DNA from: Mobula hypostoma
Taxonomy: Eukaryota
Direction of reading: 5' to 3'
Assembly: GCF_963921235.1 (NCBI RefSeq)
Contig: NC_086108.1
Span: 7,998,001-8,062,000, forward strand
DNA length: 64,000 bases
A program made the position numbers and the translations under genes. The notes below the pieces were generated by a model, which had not been told where the DNA came from, searched no databases, and worked only from the letters and a program-made list of their open reading frames with translations. Shown here piece after piece: positions 21,062 to 33,110 of the stretch (its first letter is position 1; every line of letters begins with the position of its first letter).

Positions 21062-23829
21062 ATCAGGACAGCCTCCTAAGCGTCTGGGACAAGCAGTCGG
21101 GACGCCGCTTTTTGGTCGACACTGGAGCGGAGATCAGCGTCTTACCTCCAACGAGTTACGACACCTGCAACAGAGAACCGGGACCCACCCTGAGGGCCGC
21201 AAATGGCAGCACAATACGAACCTACGGCACCCGCATGGTGCGGCTACAGTTCAGCTCCAGCCGGTTCACGTGGGACTTCACACTGGCCGCCGTGGCCCAA
21301 CCACTCCTGGGGACGGATTTTCTGCAAGCCCACAGCCTGCTGGTCGACCTGCAAGGGAAGCGACTAGTCCACCCCAAGCCTTTTCAAACGTTCTCCCTGG
21401 GTGAAGCGAAGTTGAAGCCCCACACCTGGACTCCATCACGCTGTCCGACGACGAATTCACCAGGGTCCTGGCGGATTTCCCAGCAGTACTGACACCGCAG
21501 TTCACGGCAGCCATGCCCAGACACGGAGTACAGCACCACATCCTGACCCAGGGACCACCCCTCCACGCCCGTGCTCGAAGGCTTCCCCCGGACAAGCTCC
21601 GACTGGTGAAGGAGGAGTTCAAGAAGATGGAGGAATTAGGGATCATACGATGGTCCGACAGCCCATGGGCCACCCCCCTGCACATGGTGCCCAAGGCAAC
21701 GGGGGGCTGGAGACCATGAGGTGACTACTGCAGACTGAACGAGGCTACAACACCAGACCGCTACCCTGTGCCGCACATTCAAGACTTCGCAGCAAACCTA
21801 CACGGTGCAAGGATCTTTTCCAAGGTAGACCTCGTCCAGGGATACCATCAAACCCTGGTACATCCGGACGACATCCCCAAAACAGCACTTATCACCCCGT
21901 TCGGACTTTTCGAATTCCTCCGAATGCCGTTTGGTCTAAAGAATGCTGCACAGACTTTCCAGCGGCTAATGGACGCGGTGGGACGCGACCTGGACTTTGC
22001 ATTCATCTATTTGGACGACATCCTCATAGCCAGCAGTAGTCGGCAGGAGCATCTGTCCCACCTCCGCCAGCTCTATTCCCGCCTGAGTGAATTCGGCCTT
22101 ACAATCAACCTGGCCAAATACCAGTTCGGACTCAACACCATCGACTTCCTGGGCCAAAGGATTACGAAAGACGGGGCAACCCCGCTGCCCGCCAAAGTAG
22201 ACGCGGTCCGCCACTTCCCACGACCCAACACAACCAAAGGCCTGCAGGAATTCGTGGGTATGGTGAATTTCTACCACCGTTTTCTCCCCTCAGCAGCCCA
22301 AACCATGTGCCCCCTGTTCACTCGATGTCGGATAAGGGCAAGGACATTACCTGGGACGAAGAGGCCGCAACCGCTTTCGTTAAAACCAAAGAAGCCTTGG
22401 CAAATGCCGCGATGCTAGTGCACCCCAGAACGGACGTTCCTACTGCCCTCATGGTGAACGCATCCAACACAGCAGTCGGTGGAGTGCTGGAACAACTCAT
22501 CGAGGGTCGCTGGCAACCCCTGGCGTTCTTCAGCAAACACCTACGACCACTCGAACTCAAATACAGTGCTTTCGACCAGGAGCTATTGGCACTATACCTG
22601 GCAATCCGGCATTTCAGGTACTTCTTAGAAGGTAGGCCCTTCACCGCGTTCACAGACCACAAACCGTTTACCTTTGCGTTCACAAAGGTGTCCGACCCCT
22701 GGTCGGCCCGCCAGCAGCGACATCTGTCCTACATCTCCGAGTCGTGGCAGACGCACTATCCAGACCTACCATACAGGCCCTGTCCCAGGGGGTGGACTAT
22801 GCAGCGCTGGCAGAGGCACAGCAGGCAGACGCTGAGATCCCCAGTTACAGGACTGCAGTCTCCGGTTTGCAGCTCCAAGACCTCCCCGTAGGCCCAGGTG
22901 AGAGGACCCTCCTGTGTGACGTGGCTACCGGCCAACCCCGCCCCGTCGTCCCAGCAGCCTGGCGCCGGCGGGTTTTCGAATCCATTGCGCCCTCCTCCAT
23001 CAGGACAACCGTCCGGCTGGTCGCCAACAGGTTCGTGTGGCATGGGCTGCGTAAACAGGTCAGTGAATGGGCCAAAACGTGCATGCAGTGCCAAACGGCC
23101 AAGGTGCAGTGGCACACCAAGGCTCCGCCGCAGCAGTTCGAACCCACCCGACGGAGGTTCGACCACATTCGTGTGGATATCGTGGGGCCCCTGCCAGTGT
23201 CGCGAGGAGCGCGGTACCTCCTAACTATGATAGACCGGTTCACCAGATGGCCAGAGGCGGTCCCGCTCAGTGACACCACCTCCGAATCCTGCGCCCAAGC
23301 ACTGATCGCAACCTGGGTAGCACGCTTCGGGGTACCGGCCCACATTACCTCTGACAGGGGCGCCCAGTTCACCTCCAGCCTGTGGTCAGCTATGGCCAGC
23401 CTTCTAGGAACACAGCCACACCACACAACTGCCTACCACCCACAGTCGAACCGACTCGTGGAGCGTTTCCACCATCACCTGAAGTCGGCTCTCATGGCCC
23501 GCCTGGAAGGGCCTAACTGGGTGGACGAACTTCCCAGGGTCCTGCTCGGAATCCGCACGGTGCCCATGGAGGATCTGCACACCTCGTCGGCCGAGTTGGT
23601 GTACGGCGCACCCCTGGTCGTCCCAGGAGAGTTTATACCAGCCCCAAGGGGGCAAGAGGAAGTCCTGTACAGACTAACCTAGCCCCCGTACCGACTTCAC
23701 AGCACGGACAGAGCCCGACCTGCGTACCCAAAGACCCTCAGAACTGTAAGTTTCTTTTTGTACGATGGGGCAGACACCGGGCACCGCTACAGCGGCTCTA
23801 CGAGGGGCCGTTTAAGGTGATCAGGAACA
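21043..23829 (+). pseudogene. Gypsy pol (PR-RT-RNaseH-INT) with stops and frameshifts
   Basis: LVDTGA, YLDD, RNase H TDHKP and integrase ITSDRGAQF...VERFH in ORFs 21043-21492, 21513-21719, 21768-22418, 22307-22891 and 22744-23682. Confidence 0.9.
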
Positions 23830-24369
23830 CCCAGGGTCAGACACAGAGAGGAGCTGTGCTGACTGAGCTGGGAGAAATCGAAGGAAAACTACTGGATAAA
23901 GTTCGTGGAATACTTTGGAGGTTGCTCTAAAAGTCTCTTGGACAACTGAGTGAGTGACGGCGTTGGCGTGGAAGCTCGGTGTGGAGTTTTTGCTGCCGGT
24001 TTGGACTGGGTTTGTTGGCGGCTGCTTACTGCGTAGCTCCCAGCTGCGGCCGCTGGCAACTCGCCAGTAAGCCGGTTCGCTCCAAAACCGGAGGCAAACG
24101 CCGTCGTTTTCCCCCCATTGACATCGGGGCAACGTTCCTCCTCCATTGTTTTCCTGATTTTTCGTCCGGTGTCGGTGCCGGTGCCGGAGCATCTGGAAGG
24201 ACGTTTCGGCCTCTCCCGGCCTGGGTCTCTGCAAGTCCGACGGAGCCTTTCCTGGCGCCGAGCCAGCGAGGAACTGTCGACTGCAAACTTTCCCGGCCAG
24301 TTATTCGACTCGCTCCAGGACTTCTAACTGGCACCGCCGCAAAATTCTCGGACTGGAAAGAGCGCCAGC

Positions 24370-26406
24370 ATGCCGGACCGGTCTCCAGGGAGTCGCGGGC
24401 CTTCGGGGAGTTACGCAAGGGCGGCTGCCTCCCCGGCCTCGGACAACGCCCTGTTTCGGTCGGTGAAGGTGGAACGTGGGGTGCAATGTATTTTGCGCCC
24501 TGGAATGACACTAGAAAAGTGTACGGAGGCAATGGAGGACCTTGTGGGGAAAGGTGGTATTCTGGCCACCGAGAAGGAGTTCCGAAAGGCGGTGTTCTAT
24601 CTGGTGAATGAAGAGCTAGTGCACCTGGCCCTAAGCAGGGGAGTCACGGTGGACAACATCTTTTTACCTATGGAGCTGGTGACGGCCCCCACGCAACGTA
24701 TCGTGCTTGGGCATGTTAAGCCTTTCATTCCAAATGAGGACTTGCTTCCCCCACTGGCCCGTTTAGGGCAAGTAAGGTCGGAGATTACTGCCATCCGACA
24801 CAAATTTAAGAGACGCACCCTCCGCACCGTAATCTCTTTCCGGCGTCAGGTTTTCATGCAGCTGGAAAGGGAGGACGATGTTGAGGGCCGCTTTACTGTC
24901 CGGCACGAGGGAGTAGATTATCAGGTGTACTGGAGCTCCGAGCGCCCACGGTGCCATGCGTGCAGGGAGGTGGGGCACTTTCGGAGGGACTGTCCTGCCG
25001 CCCGGAACCCGAGGGAGCCCACTTCGGGCACCAGTGCCGCAGCTACCTCTGCCCCTGATCCTACTCCTGCGCGTGCGCCTGCACCTGCATCTGACCCTGC
25101 CCCAGCCCCTCACCCTGCCCCTACCCCTACCCCTGTCCCTACTTCTACGGTTGGGTCGGTCCCTGCTCCTCTCCCTGTAGTTCAGGTGGGGGACGGGGTG
25201 GAGTCTGTGCGGAGTAAGAAGGCAAAGGGGAAATCCAAACATAGTAAGAAGCGGGCCTTTGAGGCCGCAGAGCTCACACCCATTTCGTCTGAAGTGGAGC
25301 GTGGGGCTCGGGGAGGTGCGCAAGCAGACGGGGCGATGGAAACAGAAGGCGCCGCCCCATCGGTGAAGCCTGCACCTGTGTGCTCCTCCAGCGTGAAGAG
25401 GAGAAGGGAACGTTCCCGCAAGAGGGCAGGGGATGTAGATGCGGGGGAGTCCCAGGAAGGGGTGGGAATCCGGGTAGGGGTTGGTTCTAAACCTGAGTCC
25501 TCAGATGTAGCCACCAGTCCTGGGGTAGATGGTGTGGTTGTGCAAAAAGCTTGTGATAGGCCTGTTTGCACAAATGAGGCAGCCCTGGAGGCCTCCACCC
25601 AGGACCTACAAGTCAGCGCCTCTCTGGAGGCCAGTGTACCGAATAGTGTAAGAGGAGACGAGGCAAAGCTCTCTCATTCTCAGCACCAGGCGGCTTATGA
25701 ATCCCTTGGACCAAAGGTGCCGGGTTCCCCTCTATGCCTGCCCCCTAGGGAGGACGATATTCTGTGCACATCGACCCCAGCAATAAATGACTTGCAGGGA
25801 GTCCCTGGGGATTGTCTCTCCACTGTCGCAAATGTGGATGAGGCTGATGCGACGGTGGAGAAGGCAGGTAAGAGCGAGGTGCCCGCTGCGCGGTGTGGGT
25901 CGCAGACGCAGCCATCTGTTGGAACATGTGGGGAGGCCGATGGGGATTCTGTCTGCAGTGACGGGTTGGAGGGGGACTCTTTCGATAGTGAAACAATGGA
26001 CATCCTCACCCCTCCTGAGAAATCCCCATTGATACCTGTAGAGGAAATTAAGCATTTCATTCTCACCTCTGAGGGTGCCAAGCACCGGCCTCAGCTAGCC
26101 TCGCTTCGCTGGCCCAGCATGCCGAGGCTGGTGAGGTCCCTGCGAGTCATCCTCAGACGAAAGGGAAAGGGAAAGAGGAATGCGGTGGTGGGGAACGACA
26201 GACGGCAACTAAAATCTTTCCTGGATGACCTAGTAAGGGACATCAGAGGGGGAAGCAGCCTCGCTCCTACGGGGGATGGTGGGTCACAGGGTGTTGCTGG
26301 TACCGCTCGAGCCCGGAAAGCAAAAGGTATCCTTGCTTTCTTTCCGGACAGTGTGGTGGAAGGCGCCTCCGCTCTCACCGAAATGGGCGCAGCTGCTGAG
26401 ACCTAG
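24370..26406 (+). CDS. Tx1 ORF1 protein (RRM-like region, CCHC zinc knuckle, Pro-rich linker), 678 aa
   Basis: IVLGHVKPFIPNEDL...SFRRQVFM; CHACREVGHFRRDC; basic patch KKAKGKSKHSKKR. Confidence 0.88.
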   Translation: MPDRSPGSRGPSGSYARAAASPASDNALFRSVKVERGVQCILRPGMTLEKCTEAMEDLVGKGGILATEKEFRKAVFYLVNEELVHLALSRGVTVDNIFLPMELVTAPTQRIVLGHVKPFIPNEDLLPPLARLGQVRSEITAIRHKFKRRTLRTVISFRRQVFMQLEREDDVEGRFTVRHEGVDYQVYWSSERPRCHACREVGHFRRDCPAARNPREPTSGTSAAATSAPDPTPARAPAPASDPAPAPHPAPTPTPVPTSTVGSVPAPLPVVQVGDGVESVRSKKAKGKSKHSKKRAFEAAELTPISSEVERGARGGAQADGAMETEGAAPSVKPAPVCSSSVKRRRERSRKRAGDVDAGESQEGVGIRVGVGSKPESSDVATSPGVDGVVVQKACDRPVCTNEAALEASTQDLQVSASLEASVPNSVRGDEAKLSHSQHQAAYESLGPKVPGSPLCLPPREDDILCTSTPAINDLQGVPGDCLSTVANVDEADATVEKAGKSEVPAARCGSQTQPSVGTCGEADGDSVCSDGLEGDSFDSETMDILTPPEKSPLIPVEEIKHFILTSEGAKHRPQLASLRWPSMPRLVRSLRVILRRKGKGKRNAVVGNDRRQLKSFLDDLVRDIRGGSSLAPTGDGGSQGVAGTARARKAKGILAFFPDSVVEGASALTEMGAAAET

Positions 26407-26418
26407 TGTGTTCCCGCC

Positions 26419-29400
26419 ATGAAGCTTACCATAGCTAGTCTCAATGTAAACGGCAGCAGGGGTCCTCTTCGCAGGCATAACAATCTCTCAGTCCTCAGGG
26501 ATGGGCGGTATACGGTGAGTTTCCTGCAGGAAACCCATACCATCCCTGGGGACGAGTCTGCTTGGCTCCTGGAGTGGCAGGGCGGGGTCTACATGAGCCA
26601 CCTCAGCTCCATTTCTAGCGGGGTGGCGATCCTGTTGGCCCCGACCTTCCAGCCAGTAATTGAAAGAGTCCAAGACGTTGTGCCCGGCCGTCTGCTCCAC
26701 CTGGTTGTGCGCCTGGATGGCGTACCGTTGCATTTTATCAATGTGTACGCTCCCAGGCGCGGTGTGATGCAGACGCGCCTATTCTGTCAGCTGTCCACCC
26801 TGCTGAGCTCCATCGATCCTGGGGACTGCGTAATCCTCGGGGGAGATTTCAATTGTACCCTCGAGGTGGAGGACCGTTCGGGCCTCCAACGCGACCCAGC
26901 ATCAGCAAAAAAGTTAAAGGAGCTAGTCGGCTCCTTTGACTTGGTGGACAGCTGGCGGAATTTTCACCCCAACTCTAGCGCCTTCTCGAGAAGGTCTAGA
27001 GAAGGAGGTTCCAGGATAGACCGCATTTACATCTCTCGGGCCTACGCCTCCCGCGTGTCGGCGTCCTCCATGCGGCCAGTGTCGTGCTCGGATCATCACC
27101 TTGTGTGGATGGAATTTATTCCACTACACCCTCGGGTGGGATCCGGGTATTGGCATTTTAACAACCGGCTGCTGGAGGACAGCCGTTTCCGGGATTCGTT
27201 CCGAGCGTTCTGGGTCTCCTGGAAGGAGAGGCGGAGAGAGTTCTGCTCCCTACGGCTATGGTGGGATGTGGGCAAAGCCCACATCCGGTTTTTATGTCGG
27301 GAGTACACTAGGGGGTCGACCAAAGGGCGGGGCTCTGAGATTGAGCGGCTTGAGAGAGCGTTGCTTGACCTGGAGTCCCGCCTCGGTCCGACCACTGGAG
27401 ACCAGCAGCTGTGGCAGGAATACCAGGAGAAGAAGGACGCACTAAGGGACTTGCAGCTTCAGCAGTCCCGAGGTGCGTACGTGAGGTCACGGATCCAAAT
27501 GCTGCAGGATTTGGACCGTGGCTCACCCTTCTTCTACTCGTTGGAGAGGTGGCGGGGAGTTCAAAAGCAGCTAGTGGAATTGCTGGCTGCCGATGGCTCC
27601 TCCATCACGGACCCTGATGGAATTAACAACGAGGTCCGTTCATTCTATCGGTCCTTATTCTCGCCTGATCCGTCAAATGCGGAGGCGTGCAATGAGGTCT
27701 GGAAGGATTTGCCTAAGGTCAGTCCAGAGGATGCAGTGCGTCTGGATGCCCCCCTGACTCGGGAGGAGCTGTCCACTGCCCTTCGGCAACTCCGGAGGGG
27801 CAAGTCCCCTGGTTTGGATGGACTGAGTGTTGAGTTTTATCAGGCTTTTTGGGATGTCCTGGGGGATGATTACAGCCTTGTCCTAGGGGAGAGCCTAGCC
27901 ACCGGAGAAATGCCCCTCTCATGGCGAAGAGCTGTTGTGGTCCTACTGCCCAAGAAGGGAGACCTCCGCCTGCTAAAGAACTGGCGGCCGGTCTCCCTCT
28001 TGTGCGCGGACTACAAGATCTTCGCCCGGGCAATGGCCAACCGTCTGGGTTCGGTAATTGGACAGGTGGTCCATCCTGACCAATCTTACACGGTCCCGGG
28101 CCGCTCCATCCAGGACAATGTCCACCTAGTACGGGACCTGATCCACCTGCTCCAGGAGACTGGGACCCCGGCAGCGTTTCTTTCTCTTGACCAGGAGAAG
28201 GCGTTTGACCGGGTGGACCACAGTTTCCTGCTGGGCACCCTGCAGGCTTTTGGGCTCGGACCACACTTTGTGGCCCGAGTTCGGCTCCTGTACTCTGCCG
28301 CAGAGTGCCTAGTTAAGATCAACGGATCACTGACAGGACCTATCCACTTCCGAAGAGGAGTGCGTCAAGGGTGCCCCATGTCCGGTCAACTGTATGCGAT
28401 CTGTGTCGAGCCATTCCTCGGCCTTCTTCGGCGAAGGCTGACAGGTCTGGTTCTGCGCGAACCAGACATGAGGGTCGTCCTCTCGGCCTACGCCGATGAC
28501 GTACTCCTCATGATGACAGACCCCTGTGACCTGCGGAGGATGCGCGAGTGCCAAGATGTTTTCTCGGCGGCATCCTCCGCCAGGATCAACTGGGCGAAAT
28601 GTTCCGGACTCTTAGTAGGCCAGTGGCAGGTGGACTCCCTGCCGGAGGAGATGAGAGCTTTTGAGTGGAGCACCAGACGTCTTCTCTATCTGGGAGTCTA
28701 CCTGAGTCCTTCTGGGGAGACCTGGCTGGCGAACTGGCAGGACCTGGAGACAAAGGTCATGGCCCGGCTAGGGCGCTGGTCAGGCCTTCTCAGGGTGCTT
28801 TCCTATCGAGGCAGGGTGGTGGTCATAAACCAGCTGGTGGCCTCCATGTTGTGGTACTGGATGGTCACCTTGGCCCCCCCTGCCCCTTTTGTTGCGAGAA
28901 TGCAGAGGAAGCTGGTGGACTTCTTCTGGGGAAACAGGAAACACTGGGTCTCTGCAGCGGTTCTGAGTCTCCCAGTAGGAGAGGGCGGACAGTCGCTGGT
29001 GTGTGTACGCACACGACTGGCGACTCTCCGCCTCAGGACTCTGCAGAGATTCCTGTACGCCGAGCGCCCTCCCAGGTGGCACGTGTTGGCGTCTTTCTTC
29101 CTCCGGAGGGGCTGCTGCCTTCACGAAGATATGCAGCTACCACCGGCAGGCGTCAGCCGTGCTGCTTTGCAGAGGCTGCCCGGCTTCTATCAGGACCTAC
29201 TGAGAGTCTGGAACATGGTTGCCTCAGGCCGGGAATCCCCTCCTCTGGCAGAGGGCGGGGTCCTGGCCGACCCTTGCCCTGCCTCAGCGGATGTCGGTGC
29301 GGCTCAGGTGTGTGGATCGACTCAAGCTGAGCTGCTCGTCGGGCCCAGGCCCCGCAGCCTTACCCGAGAGACGAATCCACACAACTTGAGCCGTCTTTCA

Positions 29401-30081
29401 TCGACACCCACAATCCCATTCAGGGATGCAGGCAGGAGGTACCTTTATGGGCTGCTGCTCCACACCCTCCACTTTCTAGCCTTTGTCCACCGTCCCAACA
29501 CGCCATGGCGGTCGGTCTTTCCACCTGGAGGTGAGGGGGGTCCCCAATGGAAGTCCCTTTACAAGGGAGTCCTCCCCATGCACCTTGGGGATCTCGGCTG
29601 GAGGGTGCTGCATAAAGCGGTGCCCTGCAATAAGTTCTTCAGTCTGTACACGGATCTCCCAGCCGCGTGTCACTTCTGCGGGCTGGAGGAGACCGTGTAC
29701 CACATGTACGTGGAGTGTGTGAGGCTGCAGCCCCTTTTCGCGTTTTTGCGTGGGCTGCTTCTCGCCTTCTGGTTGCATTTCAGTCCCACCCTATTTATAT
29801 ATGGTCATCCAGTAAGGAGGGGGGCACAGAGGGATGAGGATGTCCTTGTCAACTTGCTCCTGGGGCTGGCGAAAATTGCCATCCGTGGCTCCTGGAAAAG
29901 GGTGGCAGGAGGTTCTCCCCGGGCGGACTGCCTGGCTATGTTTAGGGGGTATGTTCGTGCCCGGGTGAACATTGAAAAGGAATACGCACAGTCCACGGCG
30001 ACCGTAGAGGTGTTCCGGGACCGTTGGGCTCCGCGGGGTGTAGATGCCATCATTGATGAGGATGGCAATATATTGGTTTAA
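26419..30081 (+). CDS. Tx1 ORF2 protein (APE endonuclease, reverse transcriptase, C-terminal zinc motif), 1220 aa
   Basis: SLNVNG, LQETH, GGDFN, SRIDRIY, SDH; KSPGLDG, DQEKAFDRV, GVRQGCPMSG, YADD; CHFCGLEETVYHMYVEC. Confidence 0.95.
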   Translation: MKLTIASLNVNGSRGPLRRHNNLSVLRDGRYTVSFLQETHTIPGDESAWLLEWQGGVYMSHLSSISSGVAILLAPTFQPVIERVQDVVPGRLLHLVVRLDGVPLHFINVYAPRRGVMQTRLFCQLSTLLSSIDPGDCVILGGDFNCTLEVEDRSGLQRDPASAKKLKELVGSFDLVDSWRNFHPNSSAFSRRSREGGSRIDRIYISRAYASRVSASSMRPVSCSDHHLVWMEFIPLHPRVGSGYWHFNNRLLEDSRFRDSFRAFWVSWKERRREFCSLRLWWDVGKAHIRFLCREYTRGSTKGRGSEIERLERALLDLESRLGPTTGDQQLWQEYQEKKDALRDLQLQQSRGAYVRSRIQMLQDLDRGSPFFYSLERWRGVQKQLVELLAADGSSITDPDGINNEVRSFYRSLFSPDPSNAEACNEVWKDLPKVSPEDAVRLDAPLTREELSTALRQLRRGKSPGLDGLSVEFYQAFWDVLGDDYSLVLGESLATGEMPLSWRRAVVVLLPKKGDLRLLKNWRPVSLLCADYKIFARAMANRLGSVIGQVVHPDQSYTVPGRSIQDNVHLVRDLIHLLQETGTPAAFLSLDQEKAFDRVDHSFLLGTLQAFGLGPHFVARVRLLYSAAECLVKINGSLTGPIHFRRGVRQGCPMSGQLYAICVEPFLGLLRRRLTGLVLREPDMRVVLSAYADDVLLMMTDPCDLRRMRECQDVFSAASSARINWAKCSGLLVGQWQVDSLPEEMRAFEWSTRRLLYLGVYLSPSGETWLANWQDLETKVMARLGRWSGLLRVLSYRGRVVVINQLVASMLWYWMVTLAPPAPFVARMQRKLVDFFWGNRKHWVSAAVLSLPVGEGGQSLVCVRTRLATLRLRTLQRFLYAERPPRWHVLASFFLRRGCCLHEDMQLPPAGVSRAALQRLPGFYQDLLRVWNMVASGRESPPLAEGGVLADPCPASADVGAAQVCGSTQAELLVGPRPRSLTRETNPHNLSRLSSTPTIPFRDAGRRYLYGLLLHTLHFLAFVHRPNTPWRSVFPPGGEGGPQWKSLYKGVLPMHLGDLGWRVLHKAVPCNKFFSLYTDLPAACHFCGLEETVYHMYVECVRLQPLFAFLRGLLLAFWLHFSPTLFIYGHPVRRGAQRDEDVLVNLLLGLAKIAIRGSWKRVAGGSPRADCLAMFRGYVRARVNIEKEYAQSTATVEVFRDRWAPRGVDAIIDEDGNILV

Positions 30082-30221
30082 GATGTATTGTCTGTTTGTA
30101 GTGTAGTAAATATGTTAGTCACTGGGTTTGTAAATATTGTATAGCGCCGACATTTGTAATAAAGAATTTTGTAAAAAAAAAGGAACAACGGGTCCATGTT
30201 CGTGCTGGACATTGGGGGGAG

Positions 30222-31079
30222 TGTGACGAGAATACACATAAAATTAAGATATTGGCTGGCCTGGGTTAGCATCAGTGACATCAGCAAGTGGTCTGCCACC
30301 TGCCCTCAGGGGAAGGAGAAATAAGGAACAATGGAGCAGCGTCTGGAGATGTGTAATGAAGGGACGGGAAAGAGAGCTGTCTGGAGCGGCTCCCCCTTTG
30401 AACCCTGAACTGTTTGAAGTGGTGGACAGGCGATGCCCCAGCAGGGGGATAAAAAGGGACAGGTTCGCTAAGGCAGGACACACGCCACCCGAGGTAACGA
30501 GACCCTGGAAGCCGGACGCCTCTCACGAGTCGGTGGAAAGTACCAGACAACGGCCAGGGTGGAAAGGTACGATCAGCGGGAACCTGGTGTGTGTCCGCCC
30601 TTGCCTGGGTGCCGGGTTCACTGCAGAGGATCGACCGCATCTGGAGGAGGGGTCACAGTCGGTGACCTCAGGTGACATCACCAAGGACCTGCCCAAAAGC
30701 TGCTTGTGAGCCATATCGCCGGTCTGTGAGTGAAGCCGTGTCTGAATGATCAGTTGTTCCTGTTCTATCTCCCTCTTCCCCCACGTTGTCCATCGCCATG
30801 GCAACGATTACTGCGAACTGAACTACTAAACTGGACTGAACTTTGAGTCACTTTGAAATTTGGTCATTTACCCCTAGACAACGATAGAGCTTGATTGATG
30901 CTGTTATCTTAATTCTGTGCACATGTGTGTTTATCATCGCTGAACTGTTGCATTTATTATCCTTTCGATTACTGTGTTGCTTGTTTCTTTAATAAAACTT
31001 TCTTAGTTCTAGTACTCCAGACTCCAACTGAGTGATCCACTTCTGCTGGTTTGGCAACCCAGTTACGGGGTATGTAACA
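30222..31079 (+). mobile_element. Solo LTR of the Gmr1-like family
   Basis: Reverse-complement match to LTRs 7292-8154 and 11372-12236; TG...CA ends; 4-bp TSD GGAG (30218-30221, 31080-31083). Confidence 0.93.
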
Positions 31080-31779
31080 GGAGAGAGGAGGTTTTCACGG
31101 TGGACCGACTCAAACCGGCCCATGTGGACTTGGCGCAGCCGGTCCAGGCTCAGGCACGGCGGTGCAGGGGCAGACCTCCCAAACAGAGGCTGATCCAGAC
31201 TGTGGACACTGGGGGAGGTATCGCCGGTTCTGGGGGCGGGGGATTATGTGGCGACCCACTTTCTGGCACACACGAACCGGCTCACGAAACAGCGCGCGCA
31301 GGCAGAGGGCCGGCCCCAAAAAGAGCACCAGGCCATCTTCACCAGCAGGGAGAAAATCCCGCTCGCGGAAAGGGTCTGGGAATATGCATTCCCCACAGCA
31401 GTCCCGCCCCAGGGAGGGCGGGAATGGGAAGGCTTTAAAGCAGGCCGCGAAGTTTGAATAAATCTCTTCCATGGCAACCCCAAATCACCGACTACATGTG
31501 GTTATTTTAGCACTGTGCGTAGCACGCTGCTACACCCTGACTAATCTAGAGCCTACCAATTTCCATTTTAAATACAGCCAGTAACTTGGCCTGCACAGCT
31601 GTGTGTGGCGACGAATTCCACAGACCCACCACCCTCTGGATAGAGATTTTTCCTCCTCACCTCTGTTCTAAAGGGACGTCCTTCTATTCTGAGGCTATGT
31701 CCTCTGGTCCTAGACTCTCTCACTATAGAAAACATCCACTCGAGCCAGACCTTTCAATATTCGATAGGTTGTGCTTTCT

Positions 31780-33110
31780 GACCACCACCTGTCCTGCACC
31801 ACACCTGGCCTACATCCCATCCAGCCTATCCTACAGTCTAACTGCACCTGTCTTACACCCATTGACTCACTCTCACAGTCTAATCACATGCCATTCACCA
31901 CCAGTTCTACAGTATAACTGCACTTCAATACACCCAAACACTCCTATCCTACAGTCTAACCAAACCTGACCTGTCCTACAGTATAACGGCAAACTGTTCT
32001 ATACCTCATCCACCACGTTTCCTAAATTCCAACTACCACCTGTCCTACACCCCAACCACACCTGTCCTTCACTCAAACCACACCTGACCTTCACCCAAAA
32101 CGTGTGTATATTCTAACCAGCACCTGTCGTATATTCTAACCAGCATCTGTCTTCCACCCGTTTCACTGCTATCCACACCCCAACCACACCTGTCCCACAG
32201 TCTAACCATGCCTGTCCTATACCCCATACACCCTGCACTGCAGTCTTACCACAGCTGTCCTACATCCCATCCAACTTATCCTGCAGTCTAACTGCTCCTG
32301 TCCTAACTATAACTTTCCTACACACCATGCACCCTGTCCTACAGCCTAACAGCTGTCATACACTCTAACTCCACCTGTCCTACACCTGATTCACTGCAAC
32401 CCACATCCCAAACACACCTGGCCTACAGCCCAACTTCAACTGTACTATACCCCAACCACACCTGTTCTCCTTAACTACAACTGTCCTACACCATAACTAC
32501 AACTGTCCTACACTCTAACTTCATCTGTCCTACACCCCAACAACACCTGTTCTACTCCCTAACTACATCTGTCCTACACCCTAACTACATCTGTCCTACA
32601 CTCTAACTACATCTGTCCTACACCCCAACCACACTGTGCTGTACTCTAACCACAACTGTCCCACAGGTTAATCACACCTGTCCGAAAGTCTATCCTGATC
32701 TGTCCTACAGTCTAACCACACCTGTTTTACACCCCAGCCACATCTGTCCTACAGTCTAACAAAAACCTGTCCTGCACCCCATATTCTAACCACAGCTTTC
32801 CTACACCACATCCACCTGGTCCTACAGTCTAACCACACCTGTCCTTCAGTCTGGCCTCATCTGCATTACAGTGTAACCACAGCTGCCCTATACCCCATTC
32901 ACCATTTCTTACAGTCTAATTGCTAATTGTTCTACACCCCATACACCACTTGTCCAAGATCCTAACACTCAGCTGTCCTATGTCTAATCCACCCTGTTCT
33001 ACACCCCAACCACATCCATACCATCATTTAATGATCCTGATCTTACAGGCAACCACCTCATCCTACACCTCAGCCAACAAACTGTCCCCCAACCCAACCA
33101 TCCCCATCCT
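31780..33110 (+). repeat. Diverged ~22-bp tandem repeat (CTAACCACACCTGTCCTACA-like); remnant resumes ~36680-36755
   Basis: Recurrent CCTGTCCTACA / CTAAC(C/T)ACA motifs, with near-perfect units at 32560-32625. Confidence 0.75.

Larger units (their letters stand above)
23830..30180 (+). mobile_element. Full-length intact Tx1-type (L1 clade) non-LTR retrotransposon
   Basis: 7-bp TSD AGGAACA (23823-23829, 30181-30187); CpG-rich 5'UTR; two intact ORFs; AATAAA at 30158-30163 and a short poly(A). Confidence 0.93.
20015..31534 (+). mobile_element. Full-length degenerate Ty3/Gypsy LTR retrotransposon (tRNA-Trp primed) carrying a nested Tx1 LINE and a solo LTR
   Basis: LTRs at 20015-20298 and 31247-31534 (TG...CA); 4-bp TSD CCCT (20011-20014, 31535-31538); PBS TGGTGACCCCGACG; G-rich PPT at 31232-31243; gag-PR-RT-RH-INT order. 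Confidence 0.93.
19895..31770 (-). mobile_element. CR1 3' fragment split by the Gypsy insertion (19895-20014 and 31535-31770)
   Basis: CR1 sequence is continuous across the CCCT TSD. Confidence 0.7.
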
